64,000 nt of DNA. Source: Planctomycetota bacterium. GTDB lineage: Bacteria > Planctomycetota > B15-G4 > JADJEK01. The notes under the pieces were generated by a model. That model was not told the DNA's origin, made no database searches, and was given only the letters and a program-made list of their open reading frames with translations. Location: positions 192,001 to 256,000 of the forward strand of contig JBGAIQ010000002.1 in the NCBI GenBank assembly GCA_044225365.1, written 5' to 3'. Position numbers and translations under genes: made by a program. Shown in pieces: positions 1 to 8,421 of this stretch (position 1 is its first letter; each line of letters begins with the position of its first letter).

Positions 1-1243
1 GCGATGTGCAGGTTGTAGGTGAGCTCGTCGGCTTCGATGCGGATCAAAGACGGGGCGACGACGTTCGCCGCGCGGTAGATCGCCTCGAGATCGACGTCGT
101 CGAGCGCGCCGTGGGCGCACTTCTTCAGGTCCTTCAGGAAATGGCGCCAGAAGGGTCGGCTGCGCGCGATCATGTTCTCCCAGAAACGGGATTGCGATTC
201 ATGCATTCCGTACGAAGCGGCCTCCGCGATCGGGGTCCGATCCCATTCGACCGGGAGACCCTGTTCGTAGATACCATGCCCCGCTTCGTGGACCACCGCG
301 AAGAAGCCGGGTCGCAGGTCGTCTTCCTGGAAGTGCCAGGTCAGACGAACGTCGCCGTGATGGATCTTCTGCGTGAACGGATGGGCCGAGACGTCGAGGC
401 GGCCGGATTCGAAATCGAATCCCATCTTCTTCGCGACCGCGAGCGTGAATTCCGCAGGTCGTCTTCCTGGAAGTGCCAGGTCAGACGAACGTCGCCGTGA
501 TGGATCTTCTGCGTGAACGGATGGGCCGAGACGTCGAGGCGGCCGGATTCGAAATCGAATCCCATCTTCTTCGCGACCGCGAGCGTGAATTCGCGCTGGT
601 TCTCGACCGCGATCTTGCGCTTCAGCGGGGAGGGATCGAGTCGGCGCGGACTCGCGACGATCCGCGCCACGAATTCGCGAAGGTCGGTCTCGAGTCCGGC
701 GAAGAGGCTCGCGAGCTTCTTCACGGTCATCCCGGGCTCGTAGTCCTCGAGCAGGGCATCGAGCGGGGACTCGACGTATCCGAGCTGTTCTGCGGCTTCG
801 CGTTTCAGGCGAAGGAGCTTCTCGAGGTGGGGCGCGAAGTCGGAGAAGCGATCCGCAGCGCGCGCTTCCGCCCACGCGGCCTGGCCGCGACTCGTCGCTT
901 CGGCGATCTCCCGAACGAGCCGGGCCTCGATGCGGAAGGATCGCGTGATGTCGCGGTGCGCGAGGCGGACCATCGCGCGTTCCTTCACCGAAAGGGACTC
1001 CGCCGCTTCCGGCTGCACGAGACGCGCGACGAGTTCACGCAGTTCCGGCGCCGTCGACCGGGCATGGACCGTACTCGCGAGCGTGGCGAGGACCGTCGCG
1101 CGCCCGGCGATGCCGAGAGATCCCTTCGGTTGGTACGTCTCTTGATCCCAATGCAGGAGGGCCGATGCGGACGCGAGGTCGGAGATCTCGGCAAGCGCGT
1201 CCCGCAGGCGGGAGAATTCCTGTCGCCAGTTGGTCGGGCCCAA
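1..1243 (-). pseudogene. Carboxypeptidase M32 (Taq/thermostable carboxypeptidase 1 family); runs off the window edge and is frameshifted by a 140-bp tandem duplication (real lesion or assembly artefact)
   Basis: N-terminal ALLHWDQETY motif and GRLDVSAHPFT. In the shifted frame past the duplication: VVHEAGHG (HExxH), GMHESQSRFWEN and IRIEADELTYNLHI. Probable TTG start at 1243 with GGAG upstream. Confidence 0.88.
313..592. repeat. Exact 140-bp tandem duplication (313-452 = 453-592)
   Basis: The sequence cgcaggtcgtcttcctggaag...gcgagcgtgaattc occurs twice head-to-tail. 140 is not a multiple of 3. Confidence 0.95.
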
Positions 1244-1319
1244 GACGTATCTCCAGAAGTGCCGGGCGGGCGTGGCGAGCCTACGGAAGTTCGCCCGTAC
1301 ACCGTTCGAGAAATGAACA

Positions 1320-1350
1320 CAGGCGATGCGCGGCTTCGGCGCATCGCCTG
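1320..1350 (-). terminator. Hairpin downstream of tRNA-Trp (probable terminator or processing stem)
   Basis: Perfect 12-bp inverted repeat caggcgatgcgc / gcgcatcgcctg with a 7-nt loop, followed on - by tgttcatttc. Confidence 0.6.
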
Positions 1351-1360
1351 CGTTCGTGTC

Positions 1361-1436
1361 TGGCAGGCCAAGAAGGACTTGAACCCTCAACCCCCTGATT
1401 TGGAATCAGGTGCTCTACCAATTGAGCTATTGGCCT
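1361..1436 (-). tRNA. trnW: tRNA-Trp (CCA)
   Basis: The reverse complement AGGCCAATAGCTCAATTGGTAGAGCACCTGATTCCAAATCAGGGGGTTGAGGGTTCAAGTCCTTCTTGGCCTGCCA folds as a cloverleaf with anticodon CCA and an encoded 3' CCA. Confidence 0.97.
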
Positions 1437-1511
1437 GTGTGAGGCGTGAAATCATAGCGGCCGGATCGTGAACGCGAAGGGGGTTCTTCTCAATCCGCAC
1501 TTCGACGACGG

Positions 1512-2915
1512 TCAGTCGCTGGCGTTGAGCTCGAGCAGGGCCCGGCGGGGAAGTTTCAGCTCCGAATCGAAGGTCCACGCAGCTTCTTCCCGCGGGTAGG
1601 CGCTCGTGGGAACCATCTGGCGGAGGGAGTGCCATTCGTTCAGGCTCGCCGCGATGCAATCCTCGGCGCGGTACAGGTGGGCGCGCAAGAATGCGATCGT
1701 TCGGGGGCTGGCATCGGCCGCCAGCGCGGTCATGTCGGCGATGCGCCGCTCGACGTAGGTGCGTTCGTCCTCGGACAGGATCGTGAATTGACCCTGGGCA
1801 CCGGAACGCGGGTGTTCCAGTGCGATGACGTACGAACTGCCTCGGGGAAGATCCTTGTCGAGGTCGACATGGAACTGATCGGCGGCGAGCACCTTCTCGA
1901 AGACCGTCCTGCCGCTCGCGATCTGGACGACGCGCAGCTTCACCTCGCCATGCAGGTCCGCGGACCGCCAAACGATTTGCGGCTTCGTATCGTCGATCCT
2001 CCCGAACGGCGACAGGATCTCGAGGAGCTGCGGTTCGAGTCGGCGCGCCCGCAGTTCGCGGATTCGCTGGATGCGGGCCTCGGGACGAACGGGTTCGAGC
2101 CGCTCTAGGCCGGGCGGCGGGTCGTCGACGAGCAGGCGTACTGCGTCGTCGAAGTGATCGGAGTTGATCGCCTCGGCGAGGCGCTGGACCGTCCGATCCG
2201 TGCGGTCGCTCGCGGGCTGATCGAGGATGTAGAACGTCGCGACCGTGATGACGATGAAGAAGACGAGGGCGAGAACGGCGGGGAGGTTCAGGATCCTCAC
2301 CGTCGCCGCGCGTTCGCGATCGCCGGGGCGCTGCCGCAGGAGTTGGTCGGCGAGTTCGAGCTTGCGGACCTCTGGCGGAACTTTGGCCTCGAGCGCGTGG
2401 CATTCGGCAAATCGCGGATCCGCGGGTGGAGATCCCGCCACGATCGAGCGGGCGATCGCCAGCGCGTCGAGTGGCGATTCGTTCGCGGGCCCGCTCCGCT
2501 TCTCGAGGATTCGTGTGTAAGCGTGAGCGCGGCAAAGATCGAAGATCGTGACGTCGCACGGCAGGTCCGTGATCCCGTCAGGACTTCGATTCGTCCGCGA
2601 GACGTAGAGGTAGCCGGTGATCGAATCGGTGAGCGCGACGGCTTCGCGCGGATCGGCGACGAGGGGTACGAGACTCGCGACGAGGCGCGGACGCACGACG
2701 TCGTGGTAGAGCGCCCACGCCGCCGGAGCGCCGTCCGCGAGCGCAGCGGCGAATCGGGCTTCACAGGAGTCGTCCGCGCCCGTGCCCCGATCACCCGCGA
2801 TGAGCCAATCGCGCAGTGACTCGATAGGGATCGTTGGAGGTGGGAGCGTCAACATGGCGACTGGATTCGAAAGCAGCGCAGCGGGGTCACTCGGCCGCTC
2901 GTTCGTAGGGAGCAC
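1512..2915 (-). CDS. Hypothetical single-pass membrane protein: weak sigma region-2-like N-terminus, TM helix, C-terminal DUF928-like/TPR-like extracytoplasmic domain
   Basis: 467-aa ORF. AWALYHDVVRPRLVASL..DPREAVALTDSI resembles ECF region 2; TM segment LPAVLALVFFIVITVATFYIL. Start may be 2854. Confidence 0.6.
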   Translation of the reverse strand: MLPTNERPSDPAALLSNPVAMLTLPPPTIPIESLRDWLIAGDRGTGADDSCEARFAAALADGAPAAWALYHDVVRPRLVASLVPLVADPREAVALTDSITGYLYVSRTNRSPDGITDLPCDVTIFDLCRAHAYTRILEKRSGPANESPLDALAIARSIVAGSPPADPRFAECHALEAKVPPEVRKLELADQLLRQRPGDRERAATVRILNLPAVLALVFFIVITVATFYILDQPASDRTDRTVQRLAEAINSDHFDDAVRLLVDDPPPGLERLEPVRPEARIQRIRELRARRLEPQLLEILSPFGRIDDTKPQIVWRSADLHGEVKLRVVQIASGRTVFEKVLAADQFHVDLDKDLPRGSSYVIALEHPRSGAQGQFTILSEDERTYVERRIADMTALAADASPRTIAFLRAHLYRAEDCIAASLNEWHSLRQMVPTSAYPREEAAWTFDSELKLPRRALLELNASD

Positions 2916-3001
2916 ACGTCGTTACGATTTGAACGGATTGCACTACCCGAAGGCCTGTCGTTCCGGGCAGTATCCGACGCCAGCGCTCGTCGCGGGCGAC
3001 G

Positions 3002-3631
3002 ATGCAAGGCCGAAGGATCGCCTCCATTGTGCCCGCGAAACGCAAGGAGACCCTGGTGTTTTTCTCTGTCGATGTCGAAGCGAGCGGAACGCTCCCCGGA
3101 TTCTACGACCTGCTCTCGATCGGAGCCGTTCCGGTCTACCGCCGGCACGGCGAGTACCAGATCGGCGAGGAGGAGTTCTACGTCGAGCTGAAACCAGTGC
3201 TCGGGACGTCGGATCCCGAATCGATGAAAGTGAACCGGCTCGATCTCTCGAAGCTCGCGCGGGACGGCGTCTCGCTGGTCGACGGCGCGCACCAATTCGC
3301 GAGGTTCGTGAAGACGCATACCCCGCGGCACGACGCTCCCGCGTTCGTCGGATACTGCGCGAACTTCGACTGGGCGTTCATCAACGACATGTTCAAGCGC
3401 GCCGGGATGGACAATCCCTTCGGCTACAAGGCGCTCGACATCCGTTCTCTGTCGTATGGGCTCTTCGAACTCGATTGGAGCCGGATCGGTCATACCCGGC
3501 TGCTGCAGCTGCTCGGCATGTCGCCGTTGTCGAAGGCCGAAGCCCACCATGCTCTCGCCGATGCGCGGCATCAGGCAGAGATGCTCGTCGGTCTCATCAA
3601 CCGGCGTGGAGAGATTCACCGCGCGCCGTAG
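3002..3631 (+). CDS. DEDDh 3'-5' exonuclease (DnaQ-like superfamily)
   Basis: ExoI SVDVEASG, ExoII NFDWAFI, ExoIII HHALADARHQ. Confidence 0.9.
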   Translation: MQGRRIASIVPAKRKETLVFFSVDVEASGTLPGFYDLLSIGAVPVYRRHGEYQIGEEEFYVELKPVLGTSDPESMKVNRLDLSKLARDGVSLVDGAHQFARFVKTHTPRHDAPAFVGYCANFDWAFINDMFKRAGMDNPFGYKALDIRSLSYGLFELDWSRIGHTRLLQLLGMSPLSKAEAHHALADARHQAEMLVGLINRRGEIHRAP

Positions 3632-5988
3632 CGTCCGTCCCCGTGCGCTTCGAACCGTGAACTGCCCTTGAGGACGCGGCGCAGCACCGCGCCTTCTGCC
3701 GGGGAGAGCTGGAGGCGGCGCATGATCGACGATGGGCGCATCGGTTCGCCGGCCTCGCGCAAGGTGGCGAGCGCTCGTTGCTCGAGGTCCTGATCGATGC
3801 GATCGTCGACGATTTGAATGAAGCCGCCGCTCACGAAGCGGAACCCACCGATTCGGCGCAGGAGATCGCCGAGGAGGACCGGATTGAAGACGAAGGGCGC
3901 CTCCGGGACGGCCGATCGGGCGACGTCGAGCAGATCGCCGAGCGCGGCGACACCGTGCGAAGCGAAGAGACTCGTTCGAATGCCTCCCGCGAGTCGGAGT
4001 CTGGCGTCGTCCGAAAGCGGATAGCGGCTCGCGAGATCGAACCACCCGCGAGCTACGCGGAGAAAGGTCTCGCGTCCGACGAGGGTCGCGGAGATCGCTC
4101 CATCCGATACGCGACGCTGCTCCTGGACGCGCTTTCGCAGGTCCGAGTAGGCGAGCGGTCCGTCGTGCGCGAGGAGGATCTTCTCGAGCAGGTCCGAGAC
4201 GTGCGCCAGATTCCCGTTCCCCATGTCGGCGAGTGCGAACGTGCCGCGACCGAGGTGGCGGAAGCGCGCGTCTTCGCGCATCACGGCGGCGACGACGAAT
4301 TCACTGACCTCGGAGAGTTCCTTCTCTTCGACGAGAATCTGATGCAGCAGCGACACGGACGTCGGTCTTCCGCTCTCCGAGAGTCGCACCGCAGCGCGTT
4401 CCGCGATCTTCGCGCACAATTCCTGGGGCACCGAGAATCGATGCGCGAGGTCGTAGACGCCGCGGCCGACGAGTACGAATCGTTCGTCGCGACACAGCCG
4501 AAGGCGGACCTTCTCCGCGTCCGCCGCCTCCCTGTCGCCCGCCGCTTCGAGGCGCGTCGCGATCTCCGTGAAGTGCAGCGGCTTCTTGGCGTTCACGAGC
4601 ACTGCGACCAGCGAGTCGCCGAGAGCTTGCGAGGGAGTGCGTACCCGTGCCGACCCCTCTTCGTCCTCGGTCACCTCGCGGTGGAAGACGTTTTCGCACA
4701 GGGCGCGAACGAGGGTCGCGCCATTCTCACCGAGGTCGAGCCCGCGGCCAGTCTCGGCGATCAGCGCCGCGAGTTCCTGCGAGCCACCACCGCGGCGAAG
4801 TCGCTTGCGAAGTCGCGCGGTCAGGGTGCACAGCGTCGCGGCGGGAACCGCGGCGAGCCGGCCGTCGGCGAGCCGTCCGACGTGATGCGGGAGCAGTTTC
4901 GCGAGGATGCGACCGAGATAGGAGGGAGGCATTTCGCTCACGGCGAAGAGTTCGTGCTGAACGAGCGCTTCGGGGCCGGCGAGCCCGCCATGGCGGAGCA
5001 GCGTCTGCGTCACGGCGTCGGCAATCGGTTCGATGTGCCCGGTCGCGAACCGGCGCAGTTTCGCCCATGCGCTGTGCTCGATCTGACAGGCTCGCGATTC
5101 GGTGATCTCGAGGATTGCGCCGACTTCGCCCAGCGTCTTCGGCGCTGCGCCGCTCCCGCCTTCCCGGAGCTCGACGAGCCGCCGCTCCTTGTCCTGCAGG
5201 CGGGCAAGGAGCGTCGCGAGCACGCCGTCGAATCCCGATCGGGAGTCCGCGGGCAGTGCGAGGAATCGTTCGACCTCCCGTTGGATGCGACGCAGCGTCG
5301 CCTGACCGAAGTTCTTGCGCACGAGAAGCGCATTCATGTCGAGGCCGGCGAAATCGCGCAGCGTTCGAATCCCGAGTTCCACGCACGCGCGTCGCGCGCG
5401 CCGCGGCAAATCGAGCGCGGCGATGGAGACGCGCGAGAGATCCGCGTCGTCGCTCGCCTCGCCCTGCATGCGCGGGACTTGCAGCAGCGGAGTCAGTCGA
5501 TTCTTCTCGCCGAGGGCGCTCGCGGCTGCGTGGATCGCACGGTTCACATCGGCGAGAGTCACCGCGCCGAAGTTCTTGTAGGCGAGGATCGTCTCGGGAC
5601 CGATCTTCATGTAGTCGCGAACCGTGAGGATGTGTTCACGCTGGAAGATGCTGCGTGCACGATTGGGAATGGGCAGGTCGACGAGGCGAAGGTCCTTGAT
5701 CGAGTCCGGCAGGTCACGGGGGAACGCCGCCGATGAATCATCGACGAGGCAATCGGTGCCCGAGGCCCGATAGACCTGGAGCACGGCCCGGACCTCTCGC
5801 AGACACGTGTGGCCAAAACCCGGAACTCGCAGCAAGTCCTCGTCGCTGCGAGCGATCAGGTCCCCGACGAGGGCAATCCCGCCCTCTTGTAGACGCCGGA
5901 GCGTCCGATTCGACAACGGCAGTGAGTCGATGGGAGTCTCGAGGTCGTCTCGCGACTGCCGATCGAGCGTTCGCTCCGTGCGCTGCAT
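3616..5988 (-). CDS. Protein with 3 RNA polymerase alpha-CTD-like repeats, a sigma70 region-4 HTH and multiple HARE-HTH-like winged helices
   Basis: Three IxxLxLxxR...GI..V.D......LL...NFG...L..I repeats (e.g. IDSLPLSNRTLRRLQEGGIALVGDLIARSDEDLLRVPGFGHTCLREV). Sigma4 motif KTLGEVGAILEITESRACQIEHSAWAKLR. Repeated ...F...G.G.(Y/F).L wing motifs. Confidence 0.85.
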   Translation of the reverse strand: MQRTERTLDRQSRDDLETPIDSLPLSNRTLRRLQEGGIALVGDLIARSDEDLLRVPGFGHTCLREVRAVLQVYRASGTDCLVDDSSAAFPRDLPDSIKDLRLVDLPIPNRARSIFQREHILTVRDYMKIGPETILAYKNFGAVTLADVNRAIHAAASALGEKNRLTPLLQVPRMQGEASDDADLSRVSIAALDLPRRARRACVELGIRTLRDFAGLDMNALLVRKNFGQATLRRIQREVERFLALPADSRSGFDGVLATLLARLQDKERRLVELREGGSGAAPKTLGEVGAILEITESRACQIEHSAWAKLRRFATGHIEPIADAVTQTLLRHGGLAGPEALVQHELFAVSEMPPSYLGRILAKLLPHHVGRLADGRLAAVPAATLCTLTARLRKRLRRGGGSQELAALIAETGRGLDLGENGATLVRALCENVFHREVTEDEEGSARVRTPSQALGDSLVAVLVNAKKPLHFTEIATRLEAAGDREAADAEKVRLRLCRDERFVLVGRGVYDLAHRFSVPQELCAKIAERAAVRLSESGRPTSVSLLHQILVEEKELSEVSEFVVAAVMREDARFRHLGRGTFALADMGNGNLAHVSDLLEKILLAHDGPLAYSDLRKRVQEQRRVSDGAISATLVGRETFLRVARGWFDLASRYPLSDDARLRLAGGIRTSLFASHGVAALGDLLDVARSAVPEAPFVFNPVLLGDLLRRIGGFRFVSGGFIQIVDDRIDQDLEQRALATLREAGEPMRPSSIMRRLQLSPAEGAVLRRVLKGSSRFEAHGDGRYGAR

Positions 5989-6086
5989 TCTCGCCTCTCC
6001 AAAAGGCGGCGATCCGATCGATCACCTACCCGGATCCCTTATCGAGCACCCCGGGTCGAAAAATGAAGCGACTGCGAAGAGGCTCG

Positions 6087-6133
6087 AAAAGCGCGAGGGA
6101 CGGCGCCCCGGTGTGGGGGAGCCGTCCCTCGCG
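6087..6133 (-). terminator. Intrinsic terminator downstream of bcp
   Basis: 13-bp stem cgcgagggacggc / gccgtccctcgcg, followed on - by a short T run. Confidence 0.65.
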
Positions 6134-6206
6134 TTCACGAGCGTCGAGGAGAGGTTGCCCTCTCGCTCTACGATCGCCCGATACGAGATCGATCTTCGAC
6201 TACGAG

Positions 6207-6719
6207 TCAGTCCTCGCCGCGGAGATAGGCGAGCACTTCATCGGCGTGCCCATCGACCTTGACCTTCGGGAACACCTTCTTGATGATTCCCTTGGGATCG
6301 ATGATGAACGTCGAACGAATGATGCCCATCGTCCGCTTGCCGTACTGAACCTTCTCGCCCCAGGCGCCGTATTGCTCGGCAACCTTGTGGTCGGGGTCCG
6401 ACAGGAGCGTGAACTGCAGCTGGAACTTCAGATCGAAGTTGCAGTGCGAACTCACGTCGTCGGGGCTGATCCCCACGATCTCCGCCTTGAGCGCCTTGAA
6501 CTCCGCGAGCTTCTTCTTGAACTCGACGGCTTCCGTGGTGCAGCCCGGGGTGAGATCCTTCGGGTAGAAGTACAGCACGACCGTCTTGCCCTTGAACTTG
6601 GACAACTTCACGGTTCGACCGTTCTGGTCGGCCATGGAGAAGTCGGGGGCCTTCTTGCCCTCCGCGACCGCGCCGGTGGTCGCGTTCTTTTCGGGGACGG
6701 CTTGGGTCATTGTGTTCAA
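6207..6719 (-). CDS. bcp: Peroxiredoxin BCP/PrxQ
   Basis: VVLYFYPKDLTPGCTTEA, GIIRSTFIID, VKVDGHADEVL; a second Cys in SHCNF. Confidence 0.95.
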   Translation of the reverse strand: MNTMTQAVPEKNATTGAVAEGKKAPDFSMADQNGRTVKLSKFKGKTVVLYFYPKDLTPGCTTEAVEFKKKLAEFKALKAEIVGISPDDVSSHCNFDLKFQLQFTLLSDPDHKVAEQYGAWGEKVQYGKRTMGIIRSTFIIDPKGIIKKVFPKVKVDGHADEVLAYLRGED

Positions 6720-7041
6720 CTCTTTCGAGATGGATCGAACGAAAAGATCAGCCTCGGCCGGACGCCATCTAACATCCGACGCTGCAGCAGCTTCGCGAAA
6801 CCGGAAAGGATCCGATCTTCCGCTGAGCTACTCCGCAGTCGCTGCTTTCAACGGATGAACTCGGTACGAGTCCCACGTGAGGTACGTTATCAGTTTGACG
6901 GCGCGGGATCAAGTTGTCTGATAGGCGCCGTTTTGGGTCCAGACGTTCGAAAACGAGACGAATGGCCCAGCCGCGACCGCGAACGACGTCCGACGAAATT
7001 CGTGAAGGACCCCGCTCACCTTTTTGGAGCTCGCGCCGACC

Positions 7042-8028
7042 ATGCCGCAACGACCCGCGATCGCATCGAACATCCTCGAACTCATCGGGAACACGCCGCT
7101 CGTCCGCATTCGCAAGATGACGGGGCCGGGATCCGCCGAGGTCCTCGTGAAGCTCGAGTCCTTCAACCCGATGTGGAGCGTCAAAGATCGAATCGGCGCC
7201 GCGATGATCGCCGCCGCCGAGCGCGACGGGAAGATCGCTCCCGGCAAGACGGTCGTCATCGAGCCGACATCGGGCAACACGGGCATCGGCCTCGCGATGG
7301 CGTGCGCCGTGAAGGGCTACACGGCGATCTTCACGATGCCGGAGTCCGCGACGGTGGAGCGTCGGCACGTGCTCCTCGCGTTCGGGGCGAAGGTCGTGCT
7401 CACGCCGAAAGCGAAGGGCATGAAGGGCGCGATCGCGAAGGCCGAGCAACTCGTGAAGGCGACGGCCGGCGGCTGGATGCCGTCGCAGTTCGACAATCCC
7501 GCGAACCCCGCGATCCACAAGTGCACGACGGCGATCGAGATCCTCGAAGCCACGTCCGCGCAACTCGACGCCTTCGTCGCCGGTGTCGGCACGGGCGGCA
7601 CCTTGTCGGGTACGGGATCGGTATTGAAGGAGCGTCTGCGCGACGTGAAGGTGATCGCCGTCGAGTCCGCGGATGCTCCCGTGCTCTCGGGCAAGCCGGT
7701 CGAGCGACCGAATCGGATCCAGGGGATCAGCGCAGGCTTCGTGCCCGGCAACTACGAGAAAGGCGTCGTCGACTCGATCGAGGTCGTGAGCTACGACGAT
7801 GCGATCGCGACCTCGCGTCGACTCTGTCGTGAAGAAGGAATCTTCGTGGGAATCTCGTCGGGTGCGGTTGCGGCGGGAGCGCTGCGCGTGGCGGAGCGAC
7901 TCGGCAACGGAAAACGCGTCGTCGCAATCCTCGCCGATCTCGGCGAGCGCTACCTCAGTCACGAGCTGTACGCGACGATCGCGAACTCCGACAACCTCAT
8001 CGACGCGACCCAGGAAACGCTCGTCTGA
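7042..8028 (+). CDS. cysK: Cysteine synthase A (O-acetylserine sulfhydrylase)
   Basis: IGNTPLV, KLESFNP..SVKDRI (PLP lysine), IEPTSGNTGIGLA, GVGTGGT, GERYLS. Confidence 0.95.
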   Translation: MPQRPAIASNILELIGNTPLVRIRKMTGPGSAEVLVKLESFNPMWSVKDRIGAAMIAAAERDGKIAPGKTVVIEPTSGNTGIGLAMACAVKGYTAIFTMPESATVERRHVLLAFGAKVVLTPKAKGMKGAIAKAEQLVKATAGGWMPSQFDNPANPAIHKCTTAIEILEATSAQLDAFVAGVGTGGTLSGTGSVLKERLRDVKVIAVESADAPVLSGKPVERPNRIQGISAGFVPGNYEKGVVDSIEVVSYDDAIATSRRLCREEGIFVGISSGAVAAGALRVAERLGNGKRVVAILADLGERYLSHELYATIANSDNLIDATQETLV

Positions 8029-8145
8029 GCCGCGTCCCGTAGTTCGCGCAAGATTCTCACAGGGACCCGATTCGAGCCCGTATGCGGCGTCGAATCGGGT
8101 CCCTTGCGTTCTTTCACGATTGCAAAAAATCCTGCAGAAAGACTT

Positions 8146-8171
8146 GGAACCCTGCGCGACGACCAACGTAA
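8146..8171 (+). promoter_or_regulatory. Putative ECF-sigma promoter
   Basis: GGAAC-N16-CGTAA, resembling GGAAC/CGT ECF promoter consensus, with an A-rich tract upstream (ttgcaaaaaat). Inference only. Confidence 0.45.
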
Positions 8172-8174
8172 CTA

Positions 8175-8310
8175 AGGCCGATCCATCGAACATCAAAGGG
8201 CTCGGCGTTCGGGCCCCACCGGCGTGGGCGTTGGCAGCGGCCGCCTGCGCTGGTGCTTACAAAAGAGCGCGCGGTCCCGAGTCTCGGGGCCGCGCGCTTT
8301 TCTTATTTTC
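8175..8310 (+). ncRNA. Candidate structured small RNA
   Basis: Intergenic between convergent cysK and S9 genes. Hairpins at 8198-8216 and 8217-8255 (14-bp stem with G-U pairs valid only on +), then a terminator. Confidence 0.5.
8261..8310 (+). terminator. Rho-independent terminator, possibly bidirectional
   Basis: aaaagagcgcgcggtcccga-gtc-tcggggccgcgcgcttttcttatttt: long stem with a U tail on + and an A run on the other side. Confidence 0.8.
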
Positions 8311-8421
8311 GCCGTCCGCGAGCGGCATCGCACGGACTAAGCATTCACCAGGCCAAAGAACTTGGTGGCGAAAAGTCTCGGGCCGCAGAACGCCCATTCG
8401 GCGACCATGTTCTTCGCCGCG

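Noticed and set aside
341-460. Programmed frameshift or recoding in the M32 gene
   Set aside because: The shift is fully explained by the 140-bp duplication and no slippery site is evident.
3778-5736. Long antisense or off-frame ORFs here and elsewhere (e.g. 5733-7832, 18300-19847, 28475-31537, 47701-49362, 52623-54983)
   Set aside because: They are shadow ORFs expected in high-GC DNA: Arg/Ala-rich, without motifs, and overlapping well-supported genes.
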